Shown in pieces: positions 5,870-15,213 of a stretch of 64,000 nt of DNA; positions within the stretch are counted from its first letter, which is position 1, and each line of letters starts with the position of its first letter. Both the position numbers and the translations under genes were made by a program. The notes below the pieces were generated by a model that was not told where the DNA came from, did no database searches, and saw nothing but the letters and a program-made list of their open reading frames with translations. This DNA comes from Acidimicrobiia bacterium (GTDB lineage: Bacteria > Actinomycetota > Acidimicrobiia > Spongiisociales > UBA5794), in contig JBFGCM010000002.1 in NCBI GenBank assembly GCA_041581135.1, positions 7,307 to 71,306 on the forward strand, read 5' to 3'.

Positions 5870-8479
5870 ATGCCTTGGCCGGGACCAGATGTGCTTGGAC
5901 GCGGGATCGTCGTGCGCGCCGGTGCGCCCGTGCCCGAGCCGTGGGTTGCAGCACCCCGGTTCACCATCGACACTCCTGCGCTCGAGGGGGCCGGAGACCT
6001 CGTCGCCACGCTCCACCGGCAGTGGGCGCAGCGGCAGCCCGTCGTCATCGAGTGGGACGTAGCCGACGATGCCCTCGCCGCATCGGAGGCGAGCACCGCT
6101 CCGGTGTGGTCGCTCGATGCCGGATTCCTGTTCCCTCTGGAGCGGTTGCGGTTCCTCTGCTTCTCCAACAACTACGACGGGCGCAACGGAGAGCCCCGCT
6201 GGTGGTGGAGCCACAAAGCCGAGCGCAGCCTCAGAGCCGAGGCCGGTGGCTCGGCCGACGTGCTGCTCCCCGATGGCGGTCCCGCATGGATCGACGGCGG
6301 ACCCCGCTCACCGCTGGACCTCACCGGCGTCGTGCACGGCGACAGCGTCGACGCCGGACTCACTGCCTTCGTTCCCCGCCAAGCGCCCGATCCACCACCC
6401 GGTCTCGCTCCCGATCAGGCCGAGGCGGTGACCCACGTGGCCGGTGCGGCGCGCATCATCGCTCCTGCCGGCTCCGGCAAGACTCGCACCCTGGCGGCCC
6501 GGCTCCAGCACCTCATGGCCCGCGGCGTGGAGCCCGGCTACGTCATGGCGCTGGCCTACAACACCCGCGCCGCAGAGGAGCTGCGTGCCCGTACCGGCGT
6601 GAACCGGGGCACGGTCCGCACCATCCACTCGTTGGGTTGGCAGATCCTCAACGAGGCGCACAACCGACTGGACCTCATCGCCGAACCCGAGGTGCGTGAC
6701 GTGCTGGGCCGCATCATCTCGGTCCCGCAGCGGGTCAACACCGACTCGCTAGGCCCCTACCTGGAGGCCTTGGAACAGGTGCGGGCGGGTCTCATGGATC
6801 CTGTCTCCGTCGAAACGAGTCGCGACGACGTGCCCGGGCTGGCCGACGGCTTCGACGACTATCGGCGCCGCCTCTACGAGAGGGGACGGGTCGATCACGG
6901 CGAGCAGGTGTACGGGGCCATCGAGGCCCTGCTGAACGATCCGGAGCTGCGCTCGCGTTGGCAGCGCCGGTGCCGGTACGTGCTGGTCGACGAGTTCCAG
7001 GACCTCACCCCCGCCTACCTGCTGCTGATTCGCTTGGTGGCGTCACCTCAGCTCGATGTGTTCGGCGTGGGGGACGACGATCAGGTCATCTACGGCTACG
7101 CCGGCGCCGACCCCGGGTTCCTCATCGACTTCGGCGACTACTTCCCGGGCGCCGGTCACCACGCTCTCGAGATCAACTACCGATCCCCGCATCCGGTGGT
7201 GGCGGCGGCGCGGACCGTGCTGTCCTACAACGACCGGAGGATCGACAAGACCATCACGGCGTCCCACCAGGACCCCGACCCTGGTGCCCTGCAGGTCGAG
7301 CGGCTCACCGACGGCGATCTCGCCCGCCGCACCGCCGAGCTGATCGCCGGCTGGATGGCAGAGGGTGTCGAACCGGGGAGCATCGCCGTGCTGACCCGGG
7401 TCAACTCGTCGCTCATCCCGGTGAAAGCGGCGCTGGTGGAGGCCGGGGTCCCGGTCAACTCGCTCGTCACGGCCCAGAACCTGCACCGCACCACCTTACG
7501 AGCCCTGTTCGCATGGCTGCGGCTGGCCGGCGACCCCGAACGGATGGCCCGCACCGATCTGCTCGAGGCCGTTCGTCGACCGGGGCGCGGCCTCACGCGG
7601 CTCGCTCGCGAGCTGATCCGTCGGCCTCGGCACGATCTCGCCCAACTGGCTGGACTCGCCGAACCACTGGATGGCCGACAGCGCGCCAAGTGGGATGACT
7701 TCGTCACAGACCTCGAGCTCGTGGTGGCGGCGGTGGACGCGCACGCCACGCCCGAGGTGATGAAAGTGCTCATCGAGGGCATCGGCTTGGGCACCTCGGC
7801 GCACACTCTGGACTCGGGGCGGGGCAATGCGTCTCGGTCCGGCCACTTCGACGATCTGGTGGCGGTGCGCCGCGCCGCCGCCCTGCACCCCGACATCGGG
7901 GACTTCGCGTCGTGGCTGGCGACAACGCTCGACCATGCGGCCGCCGCGTCAGGCGTCACGCTCTCGTCGATCCATCGCGTCAAGGGCATGGAGTGGGATC
8001 GGGTGATCACGTTCGGCGCCGACGAGGGCGCCATGCCTCACGACCTCTCCGACGACCTCGAGGAGGAGCGCCGCATCTTCCATGTGGCCCTGACCCGCGC
8101 CATCGGGCAGGCGGTGATCCTCGCTGACAGCGCGCACCCGTCGCGTTTCCTCGCCGAGCTCGACGGTTCGGCGCCACGGGTCGCCGCGGCTCCGCCGGCG
8201 CCGACGCGTCGAGCGAAAGCCGCACGTCTCGTGCTGCCTACCGGCCCTGTCGATGCCGATCTGGTGACCGCTCTCAAGTCATGGCGCCTGGACACGTCGA
8301 AGCGAATGAACGTGCCGGCCTTCGTCATCATGCACGACTCCACGGTCGAAGCGATCGCGGCTACCAAACCGACCAGCGAGCGGCAGTTGCTGGCGATCAA
8401 CGGGATCGGGCCTCGCAAGCTGGAGGACTACGGCGACGAGATCCTCGAGGTGGTGAGCGGGTTCTCCGGCGGAGACTGA
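5870..8479 (+). CDS. UvrD/PcrA-family ATP-dependent DNA helicase with a C-terminal HRDC domain (UvrD2-like) and a ~190-aa N-terminal extension of unknown function
   Basis: Walker A APAGSGKTRTLAARL is present, along with helicase motifs through VHRVKGMEWD and the HRDC-like block ALKSWRLDTSKRMNVPAFVIMHDSTVEAIA. ATG at 5870. The ORF-track 5' extension overlaps the Fur-family gene on the opposite strand. Confidence 0.75.
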   Translation: MPWPGPDVLGRGIVVRAGAPVPEPWVAAPRFTIDTPALEGAGDLVATLHRQWAQRQPVVIEWDVADDALAASEASTAPVWSLDAGFLFPLERLRFLCFSNNYDGRNGEPRWWWSHKAERSLRAEAGGSADVLLPDGGPAWIDGGPRSPLDLTGVVHGDSVDAGLTAFVPRQAPDPPPGLAPDQAEAVTHVAGAARIIAPAGSGKTRTLAARLQHLMARGVEPGYVMALAYNTRAAEELRARTGVNRGTVRTIHSLGWQILNEAHNRLDLIAEPEVRDVLGRIISVPQRVNTDSLGPYLEALEQVRAGLMDPVSVETSRDDVPGLADGFDDYRRRLYERGRVDHGEQVYGAIEALLNDPELRSRWQRRCRYVLVDEFQDLTPAYLLLIRLVASPQLDVFGVGDDDQVIYGYAGADPGFLIDFGDYFPGAGHHALEINYRSPHPVVAAARTVLSYNDRRIDKTITASHQDPDPGALQVERLTDGDLARRTAELIAGWMAEGVEPGSIAVLTRVNSSLIPVKAALVEAGVPVNSLVTAQNLHRTTLRALFAWLRLAGDPERMARTDLLEAVRRPGRGLTRLARELIRRPRHDLAQLAGLAEPLDGRQRAKWDDFVTDLELVVAAVDAHATPEVMKVLIEGIGLGTSAHTLDSGRGNASRSGHFDDLVAVRRAAALHPDIGDFASWLATTLDHAAAASGVTLSSIHRVKGMEWDRVITFGADEGAMPHDLSDDLEEERRIFHVALTRAIGQAVILADSAHPSRFLAELDGSAPRVAAAPPAPTRRAKAARLVLPTGPVDADLVTALKSWRLDTSKRMNVPAFVIMHDSTVEAIAATKPTSERQLLAINGIGPRKLEDYGDEILEVVSGFSGGD

Positions 8480-8483
8480 CGGG

Positions 8484-8915
8484 TCAAAGCGCCCAGCGGT
8501 CCGCCCACGACTTCGGGAACCCGTACGGCAGTGCATAGCCGTAGCGGATGAGCTGGCCTTGGTGCATCGACTCGTGCTCCAACAGGTCCATGAGGATTCC
8601 GTGGCGGACGTCATCCCATTCGAGCGATTCGATGGTTGCGGTGAAGGTGCGCCTGGCGGCATCGAGCGCGGCGAGCACCGCCTCCTTGTCTGTCAGCTGG
8701 TCGCGAGTGAGCGAACTCCGAAAGCCCACCCACTCGCCGGCTTCGAGTGCCCGGGTGTGGCTCTCCCGGCCACCGACGACGCACCAGTACTGCTGACCGA
8801 TGGTGTTCGACGGCACCGGCAGCTTCTGACCGAGCGCCTCGGCCGGAAGATGCTCGACCATGTCGCGGTGTGCCTGCATGAGCGCGTCCAGATGGGCGAG
8901 GACGGTGGTGCGCAT
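8484..8915 (-). CDS. DinB/YfiT-like (DinB_2, DUF664) metal-dependent hydrolase/thiol-transferase superfamily protein
   Basis: 143 aa starting MRTTVLAHLDALMQAHRDMVEHL, a DinB-like four-helix bundle with His residues. ATG at 8915. The remainder of ORF 8484..9635 is GC-rich, low-complexity antisense sequence. Confidence 0.55.
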   Translation of the reverse strand: MRTTVLAHLDALMQAHRDMVEHLPAEALGQKLPVPSNTIGQQYWCVVGGRESHTRALEAGEWVGFRSSLTRDQLTDKEAVLAALDAARRTFTATIESLEWDDVRHGILMDLLEHESMHQGQLIRYGYALPYGFPKSWADRWAL

Positions 8916-8920
8916 GTCGT

Positions 8921-10066
8921 TCAGCTCAGCGCCTCGTCGAGGTCGGCCACGAGATCGTCGATGTGCTCGATGCCCACCGAGAGCCGCACCAGGTCGGGCG
9001 GCACCTCCAACATCGTTCCTTCCACCGACATGTGCGTCATGAGGGCCGGGACCTCGATGAGGGACTCCACCCCACCGAGGCTCTCGGCGAGGATGAAGAG
9101 CTTGGTGCGCTTGGTGATGGCGGCGGCGGCTTCGGCTCCGCCGGTGGGCCGGAACGACACCATGCCGCCGAAGTCGGCCATCTGGTGCGACGCGACGACG
9201 TGTTGGGGGTGCGACTCGAGGCCTGGGTAGACCACCTCGGCAACGGCCGGATGCTGCTCCAGGAACTTTGCTACCGCGGCGCCGTTGGCCGAGTGGCGCT
9301 CCATGCGCAACGCGAGGGTCTTGATGCCCCGCAGCGCCAGGTAGCAATCGAACGGTCCCGGCACGGGACCCACGGCGTTCTGGAGGAACTTGAGCCGCTC
9401 GAACCGGGCGGCATCGGCGGTGACCAGGGCACCGCCGACGAGGTCGGAGTGGCCACCCACGTACTTGGTCGTCGAGTGCAGAACGACGTCTGCCCCGAGC
9501 TCCAACGGCCGCTGGAGGAAGGGCGTGGGAAAGGTGTTGTCTACGCACACCATGGCACCCGCCGCCTGGGCCATGGGCGTGACGGCGGCCAGGTCCACCA
9601 CCCGCAGGAGCGGGTTGGTGGGCGTCTCCACCCACACCAGCTTGGTGGCGGGACGGAGGACGGCCTCGAGCTCGGCAGGATCGGTGAGATCCGTCGGCGT
9701 GTACTCGACCCCCTGCTTCGCCAGCACGTGAGCAAAGAACCGGTAGGTGCCCCCATAGGCGTCGTTGGGCAGCACCACGTGGTCACCGGGTTCGAGCAGA
9801 TACCCGATCAGGGCGGTGGCCGCCATCCCGGAGGCGGTGGCCACGCAGCCACCGTCGTCGCCGGGCTGAACACCCTCGAGCGACGCCAACGCCTCCTCGA
9901 GCGCTCGGCGCGTGGGGTTGTCGGTGCGCGAGTACTCATAGCCCCGGTGCTCGCCGGGTCCATCTTGCGCATACGTGGCGCTGGCGAAGATCGGCACGTT
10001 GACGGCGCCGGTCACCTGTTCCGGGTCTTGCCCGACGTGAATGGCTCGGGTCTCGAAGTGATCCAT
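8921..10066 (-). CDS. PLP-dependent cystathionine gamma-synthase/gamma-lyase family enzyme (MetB/CGL)
   Basis: 381 aa with the ...TKYVGGHSDLVGG PLP-lysine region and a typical Cys/Met-metabolism PLP fold. Confidence 0.8.
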   Translation of the reverse strand: MDHFETRAIHVGQDPEQVTGAVNVPIFASATYAQDGPGEHRGYEYSRTDNPTRRALEEALASLEGVQPGDDGGCVATASGMAATALIGYLLEPGDHVVLPNDAYGGTYRFFAHVLAKQGVEYTPTDLTDPAELEAVLRPATKLVWVETPTNPLLRVVDLAAVTPMAQAAGAMVCVDNTFPTPFLQRPLELGADVVLHSTTKYVGGHSDLVGGALVTADAARFERLKFLQNAVGPVPGPFDCYLALRGIKTLALRMERHSANGAAVAKFLEQHPAVAEVVYPGLESHPQHVVASHQMADFGGMVSFRPTGGAEAAAAITKRTKLFILAESLGGVESLIEVPALMTHMSVEGTMLEVPPDLVRLSVGIEHIDDLVADLDEALS

Positions 10067-10103
10067 GGGCCAAAGTTAACCGCCGCCACGGGCGACGGGT
10101 TCG

Positions 10104-10352
10104 TCAGCGCGGTCCGAGACGCAGCGAGCACCACGCCGCCACGCCGGCGGCGACGGTGAGGAGTGCCACGAGCGTCACCCCGGCGAGCAACTGGGCGAGC
10201 AGCTCACGCACGAGCATCGGCCAGGTGAGCACTCCCATCGTCTGGAGCAGCGGGACGACGACATGGAACACGAGCACCACTGCGGTAGTGCCGCCGCCGA
10301 TCAGGTGGGCGAGCGTATTCTCCCTGGAGAGCCAGTCGGGTGCTCGGTACAT
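10104..10352 (-). CDS. Small two-TM membrane protein, hypothetical
   Basis: 82-aa hydrophobic ORF sandwiched between the CBS-like and CGS-like genes on the same strand. ATG at 10352. Confidence 0.4.
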   Translation of the reverse strand: MYRAPDWLSRENTLAHLIGGGTTAVVLVFHVVVPLLQTMGVLTWPMLVRELLAQLLAGVTLVALLTVAAGVAAWCSLRLGPR

Positions 10353-10395
10353 ACGACTCCATCGGCCTGTGGCCGGCGGTCCCTTAGCCGCCCCC

Positions 10396-11349
10396 TCAGT
10401 CTACGAAGCCGTGCTCACGCATCCAGTCGTCGTCGAAGATCTTCCCCAGGTAGTTGCGTCCCGAGTCGGGCAACAGCACCACCACGAGGTCGTCGGGATT
10501 GGCCGCGGCGACCCGCAATGCTCCCACCACCGCCATCCCACAGGAACCCCCGGCGAGGATGCCCTCAACCGCGGCGAGGCGGCGGGTCATGACAAAGGCC
10601 TCCTTGTCCGTGACCATCTCGAAGCGATCGACGACACTCGGGTCGTAGGTCTCGGGCCAGAAGTCCTCGCCGACCCCCTCGATGAGATAGGGGTGCACGT
10701 CGGCCTCGGTGGGTGCGGTGTAGATGGACCCTTCCGGGTCCACACCGATCACCTGGATGGTTGGGTCCTGCTCCTTGAGATACCTGCCGACGCCCACGAT
10801 GGTCCCCCCGGTGCCGACCCCGGCCACGAAGAACCGCACGGCGCCGGCGGTCTGCTTCCAGATCTCGGGGCCGGTCGATTCGTACTGGGCCTCGGGGTTG
10901 GCCGGGTTGGAATACTGATCAGGCCGGTAGGCCCCCGGTGTCTCGGCGGTGAGCCGGTCTGCCACCGAGTAGTAGGAACGGGGATCGTCCGGCGGGACGT
11001 CGGTGGGACAGACCACCACCTCGGCGCCGTAGGCGCGCAGCAGGTCCTGCTTCTCCTTGGACTGCTTGTCGGCCATCACCGCGATGAGGCGGTACCCCTT
11101 GATCGCCGCCACCATGGCCAAGCCCACGCCGGTGTTGCCGCTGGTGGGCTCGATGATGGTGCCCCCCGGCTGCAGCCACCCGTTCTGCTCGGCGCGCTCG
11201 ATCATGGCGAGTCCGATGCGGTCCTTGATGGAGCCGCCCGGATTCATCGATTCGATCTTGGCCACCAGATTGCCGGGCGGGTGGAGGCGCCCGAGGCGCA
11301 CCAGAGGGGTGCCGCCGATGGCGTCGACGATGTGCTCGTGGATCTCCAT
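10396..11349 (-). CDS. Cysteine synthase / cystathionine beta-synthase family PLP enzyme (no Bateman/CBS-pair domain)
   Basis: MEIHEHIVDAIGGTPLVRL... with SIKDR and TSGNTG motifs of the CysK/CBS family. Confidence 0.8.
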   Translation of the reverse strand: MEIHEHIVDAIGGTPLVRLGRLHPPGNLVAKIESMNPGGSIKDRIGLAMIERAEQNGWLQPGGTIIEPTSGNTGVGLAMVAAIKGYRLIAVMADKQSKEKQDLLRAYGAEVVVCPTDVPPDDPRSYYSVADRLTAETPGAYRPDQYSNPANPEAQYESTGPEIWKQTAGAVRFFVAGVGTGGTIVGVGRYLKEQDPTIQVIGVDPEGSIYTAPTEADVHPYLIEGVGEDFWPETYDPSVVDRFEMVTDKEAFVMTRRLAAVEGILAGGSCGMAVVGALRVAAANPDDLVVVLLPDSGRNYLGKIFDDDWMREHGFVD

Positions 11350-11383
11350 TCCGCCCACAGGTTACGGCGTTGCGGAGTGGCGG

Positions 11384-11433
11384 CGTCGAGTGTGCCTATT
11401 CAGACCGTAATGGTCGGTCTACGCACAATCGAC
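11384..11433 (+). repeat. Copy 3 of the 50-nt structured palindromic repeat (CGTCGAGTGTGCCTATTCAGACCGTAATGGTCGGTCTACGCACAATCGAC)
   Basis: Same outer arms and GTAAT loop. The inner stem becomes AGACCG/CGGTCT with compensatory changes. Located in the divergent intergenic region between the CBS-like gene and csoR. Confidence 0.7.
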
Positions 11434-11438
11434 CCGTA

Positions 11439-11467
11439 ATACCACCCCACCCCGGGTGGGGTGGTAT
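11439..11467. promoter_or_regulatory. CsoR operator, a GC-rich palindrome ATACCACCCCACCCCGGGTGGGGTGGTAT
   Basis: 29-nt near-perfect inverted repeat of the ATACC-C-rich / G-rich-GGTAT type characteristic of CsoR operators. It ends 10 nt before the csoR GTG start. Confidence 0.65.
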
Positions 11468-11477
11468 ACTCGCCGCC

Positions 11478-11777
11478 GTGAAGGAACAGCACAAGGCATC
11501 GGCGCTCAACCGCCTCAAGACGGTGCGCGGCCACCTCGACGCCGTCATCGGCATGGTCGAGGAGGAGCGATACTGCCCCGACGTGATGAAACAGGTGTCG
11601 GCGCTTCAGGGCTCCCTGGAGAAAGTGAACCGGGTGCTGCTCGAGAACCACCTGGAGACGTGCGTGATGCACGCCGTCGCCGAGGGCCGCACCGACCAGA
11701 TCGTCGACGAGCTGATGGAGACGATGAAGTACACCGCGACGGTCACTGGGCCGGACGGAGAAGCGGAGGACAAGTGA
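11478..11777 (+). CDS. csoR: Copper-sensing transcriptional repressor CsoR (CsoR/RcnR, DUF156 family)
   Basis: ...HKASALNRLKTVRGHLDAVIGMVEEERYCPDVMKQVSALQGSLEKVNRVLLENHLETCVMHA carries the Cys-His-Cys metal-ligand pattern. GTG at 11478. The ORF-track 5' extension runs back through the operator. Confidence 0.85.
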   Translation: MKEQHKASALNRLKTVRGHLDAVIGMVEEERYCPDVMKQVSALQGSLEKVNRVLLENHLETCVMHAVAEGRTDQIVDELMETMKYTATVTGPDGEAEDK

Positions 11778-11983
11778 ACACCACACTCAACGTGCCAGAC
11801 ATCTCCTGTGGGCACTGCAAGGAGTCCATCGAGGGTGCCGTTGGCGCGCTCGCCGGCATCGACAAGGTGGAAGTGCACATCGATGCGCGCACCGTCGATG
11901 TCAACTTCGATGACGCCGCGGTGGACATGGACGCCATCATTGCGGCCATCGAGAACCAGGGCTACGAGGTTGCCGCCTCCTAG
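11774..11983 (+). CDS. copZ: Copper chaperone CopZ (HMA domain)
   Basis: VNTTLNVPDISCGHCKESIEGAV... (70 aa, CxxC metal-binding motif). GTG at 11774 forms a GTGA overlap with the csoR stop. Confidence 0.75.
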   Translation: MNTTLNVPDISCGHCKESIEGAVGALAGIDKVEVHIDARTVDVNFDDAAVDMDAIIAAIENQGYEVAAS

Positions 11984-12004
11984 ATCGGGATTGATGACCG
12001 ACTG

Positions 12005-14164
12005 ATGACCGCCACCGACACCAAAGACTCCGTCACCTTCGACGTCGAGGGCATGACCTGCGCGTCGTGCGCGCTGCGGATCGAGCGCGTCCTGAGCAAG
12101 CAGCCGGGCGTCGAATCGGCCGTGGTCAACTTCGCCGGCCAGGAGGCGCGGGCCGAGGTCGCCCCCGGTACGGACCTCGATGCCCTCCGGGCCGCCATCG
12201 ACAAGATCGGCTACGCCATCACGCCGCTCGCACCGGGTGAGGAGCGGGAAACCCCGACCGCCCGCTACGCCAAGGAGGTCATCTACCAGCGCAACCGCGT
12301 CGCCCTCGCTGCGCTCTTGACCGCGCCACTCATGGTGCTGGCCATGCTGTTCCATGACTCGACGGCGACCAGGGTGTGGCAGCTCGTCCTGGCGACCCCG
12401 GTCGTGTTCGTCTTCGGCGCCCAGTTCCACCGCAACGCGATCAAGCGACTCCAGAGCTTCAGCGCCAACATGGACACGCTCATCTCCGTAGGGACACTCG
12501 CCGCCTACGGGTACTCCGTGGCGGCGTTGTTCACCAAGCAACCGGTCTTCTTCGAGACCGCCGGCATGATCGTCACGCTCATTCTGCTGGGCCGGTTCTT
12601 CGAGGCGCGCGCCAAAGGCAGGGCCTCGGCCACCATCACCAAGCTGCTCGAGCTGGGCGCCAAGGAGGCGCGGGTCATCAGAGAGGGCACCGAGACCATG
12701 GTCGACGTGCTCGACCTCAGGCCGGGGGAGACCGTGGTGGTGCTGCCCGGCGAGAAGATCCCCACCGACGGCATGATCACCGTTGGGCGCAGCTCGGTCG
12801 ACGAGTCGATGCTCACCGGGGAGTCGATGCCGGTGGACCACGAGATCGGCGACACGGTGTACGGCGCCACGATCAATCAGCAGGGCCGTCTCGAAGTCGA
12901 GGTCACCAACGTCGGGCCCAACACCGCCCTCGCCCAGATCGTTCGTCTGGTCGAAGAGGCCCAGGCCACCAAGGCCCCCATCCAGGCCCTCGCCGATCGC
13001 ATCAGCGGCATCTTCGTGCCCATCGTCGTCGGGATCGCGCTGGTCACGTTCGTCGGCTGGTTGGTAGCAACCGGTGAGGTGGCCACTGCCGTGCGCAACG
13101 GCGTTGCCGTGCTCATCATCGCCTGCCCGTGTGCGCTGGGTCTGGCGACGCCGACGGCGATCATGGTCGGCTCGGGGCGTGGCGCCGAGCTCGGCATCCT
13201 GTTCAAGAACTCCGAGGTGTTCGAACGAGCCAAGTCGGTCGACACTGTGGTGTTCGACAAGACCGGGACCCTCACCAAGGGCGTCATGACCCTGACCGAC
13301 GTCGAGACCGAGCTGGAGCCGGAGCTCTTCCTTTACCTGGTCGGCACGGTGGAAGCGGCCAGCGAACACCCCATCGGCAAGGCGGTGGCCTTGGGCGTCG
13401 AGGAGCGCGACATCGAGTTGGGCCGCCCCGACGATTTCGAATCGCTAGCCGGCCGCGGGGTGGCCGGCACCGTGCAGGGCATGGAGATCGTGGTCGGCAA
13501 GGCCAAGCTGATGGCAGATCGCGGCTTCCACATCCCCGACCGCTACCTCGACGCGATGGAACGCATCGAGACCGCAGGGCGCACCGCATTCCTCGCCGGC
13601 TGGGAAGGCGAGGTGCGCGGCGTGCTCGGCGTGGCCGACACGTTGCGGCCCAGCGCCGCCGACGCCGTGCACCGCCTGACCGAGACGGGCGCCCACTCCG
13701 TAATGATCACCGGCGACAACCGGCGGACCGCCGATGCCATCGCCCAAGAGGTCGGCATCGATCAAGTGCTCGCCGAGGTCATGCCCGGCGAGAAGGCGGA
13801 AGAGGTAACCCGGCTGCAAGGCCAGGGTTCAGTGGTGGCGTTCGTGGGAGACGGCATCAACGACGCACCCGCCCTCACGCAGGCCGATCTCGGCATGGCG
13901 GTCGGCACCGGCACCGACATCGCCATCGAGGCCGGCGACAGCGTGCTGATGTCGGGTGACCCGATGCTCGCCGAAACGTCGTTGCGTCTGGCCCGGGCCA
14001 CCTTCGGCACCATCCGCCAGAACCTCTTCTGGGCATTCTTCTACAACACGGCGGCGATCCCTCTGGCCGCCGCCGGGCTGCTCAACCCGATGATCGCCGC
14101 CGCGGCGATGGCGTTCTCCAGCGTCAGCGTGGTGACGAACTCCCTGCGCCTCCGCCGCTTCTGA
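12005..14164 (+). CDS. copA: Copper-translocating P1B-type ATPase CopA
   Basis: N-terminal HMA domain ([11 protein letters not shown]), CPC transmembrane motif ([12 protein letters not shown]), DKTGTLT phosphorylation site and [10 protein letters not shown]. Confidence 0.9.
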   Translation: MTATDTKDSVTFDVEGMTCASCALRIERVLSKQPGVESAVVNFAGQEARAEVAPGTDLDALRAAIDKIGYAITPLAPGEERETPTARYAKEVIYQRNRVALAALLTAPLMVLAMLFHDSTATRVWQLVLATPVVFVFGAQFHRNAIKRLQSFSANMDTLISVGTLAAYGYSVAALFTKQPVFFETAGMIVTLILLGRFFEARAKGRASATITKLLELGAKEARVIREGTETMVDVLDLRPGETVVVLPGEKIPTDGMITVGRSSVDESMLTGESMPVDHEIGDTVYGATINQQGRLEVEVTNVGPNTALAQIVRLVEEAQATKAPIQALADRISGIFVPIVVGIALVTFVGWLVATGEVATAVRNGVAVLIIACPCALGLATPTAIMVGSGRGAELGILFKNSEVFERAKSVDTVVFDKTGTLTKGVMTLTDVETELEPELFLYLVGTVEAASEHPIGKAVALGVEERDIELGRPDDFESLAGRGVAGTVQGMEIVVGKAKLMADRGFHIPDRYLDAMERIETAGRTAFLAGWEGEVRGVLGVADTLRPSAADAVHRLTETGAHSVMITGDNRRTADAIAQEVGIDQVLAEVMPGEKAEEVTRLQGQGSVVAFVGDGINDAPALTQADLGMAVGTGTDIAIEAGDSVLMSGDPMLAETSLRLARATFGTIRQNLFWAFFYNTAAIPLAAAGLLNPMIAAAAMAFSSVSVVTNSLRLRRF

Positions 14165-14168
14165 CCCC

Positions 14169-14193
14169 GCCGACCGGCTGCGCTGGTCGGTTT
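14169..14193 (+). terminator. Stem-loop CCGACCGG-CTGCG-CTGGTCGG followed by TTT, 5 nt after the copA stop
   Basis: 8-bp GC-rich stem with one mismatch, followed by a short T-tract. Confidence 0.5.
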
Positions 14194-14286
14194 GAGGATG
14201 CTCCGCATTCTCCCCACCAGGGGTCCACTGTCCGCGCCTGCAGAATCGGGTGCGGCACCCCAGCTTCGCGCCGGTAACGTAACCCC

Positions 14287-15213
14287 ATGCCTGCACCGCT
14301 CGTTGAAGCTCGCGACCTCACCAAGAAGTTCGATGACTTCACCGCCGTGGATGCGGTGGACTTCGAGGTGCACCTCGGGGAGGCCTTCGGCTTCCTCGGA
14401 CCGAACGGCGCCGGCAAGAGCTCCACCATGCGCATGATCGGTGCGGTGTCGCCCATCACAGCCGGCACCCTGCGGGTGTTCGGCCTGGACCCCGAGACCG
14501 ACGGTCCCACGATCCGGGCCCGCCTCGGTGTGGTGCCTCAGGATGACAACCTCGACACCGAGCTGTCGGTGTGGGAGAACCTCCTCATCTACGGCCGCTA
14601 CTTCGACCTCAGCAGGTCCGAGATCAAGGAACGAGCCGACGAGCTGCTCGAGTTCGCCCAGCTCACCGAGCGCCGCGATTCCAAGGTCGAGCCCCTGTCG
14701 GGCGGCATGAAGCGGCGCCTGACCATCGCCCGCTCGCTCATCAACCGGCCCGACCTGCTCCTGCTCGACGAGCCCACCACCGGCCTGGACCCCCAAGCGC
14801 GCCATGTGTTGTGGGACCGCCTGTACCGACTGAAGCAGCAAGGCGTCACCCTCATCATCACCACCCACTACATGGACGAAGCCGAGCAGCTGTGTGACCG
14901 GCTGGTGGTGATGGACAAGGGCAGGATCGTGGCCGAGGGGTCGCCCGTGGACCTCATCGCCGAGTACTCCACGCGAGAGGTGCTCGAGCTGCGCTTCCCC
15001 ATCGGCGTCCAGGAGACCATTCTGGACGAGCTGGACGGCATCGCCAAGCGCACCGAGGTGCTTCCCGACCGGGTACTCCTGTACACCGCCGACGCCGACG
15101 CCGCTGCTCGAGAAGTGCACGACCGCGGTCTGGTTCCCGAGAGCATCGTGGAGCGGCGGAGCACGCTCGAGGACGTGTTCCTCCGGCTCACCGGGCGTTC
15201 CCTGATCGACTGA
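14287..15213 (+). CDS. ABC transporter ATP-binding protein (ABC-2 / DrrA-NodI type)
   Basis: Walker A GPNGAGKSST, signature LSGGMKRRL, Walker B LLLLDEP. Confidence 0.85.
   Translation: MPAPLVEARDLTKKFDDFTAVDAVDFEVHLGEAFGFLGPNGAGKSSTMRMIGAVSPITAGTLRVFGLDPETDGPTIRARLGVVPQDDNLDTELSVWENLLIYGRYFDLSRSEIKERADELLEFAQLTERRDSKVEPLSGGMKRRLTIARSLINRPDLLLLDEPTTGLDPQARHVLWDRLYRLKQQGVTLIITTHYMDEAEQLCDRLVVMDKGRIVAEGSPVDLIAEYSTREVLELRFPIGVQETILDELDGIAKRTEVLPDRVLLYTADADAAAREVHDRGLVPESIVERRSTLEDVFLRLTGRSLID

Noticed and set aside
10156-13369. ORFs 10156..11439 (+, 427 aa) and 11606..13369 (-, 587 aa)
   Set aside because: They are antisense to the CBS-like gene and to copA respectively. Composition is dominated by G, R, D, V, H runs, and there are no motifs.
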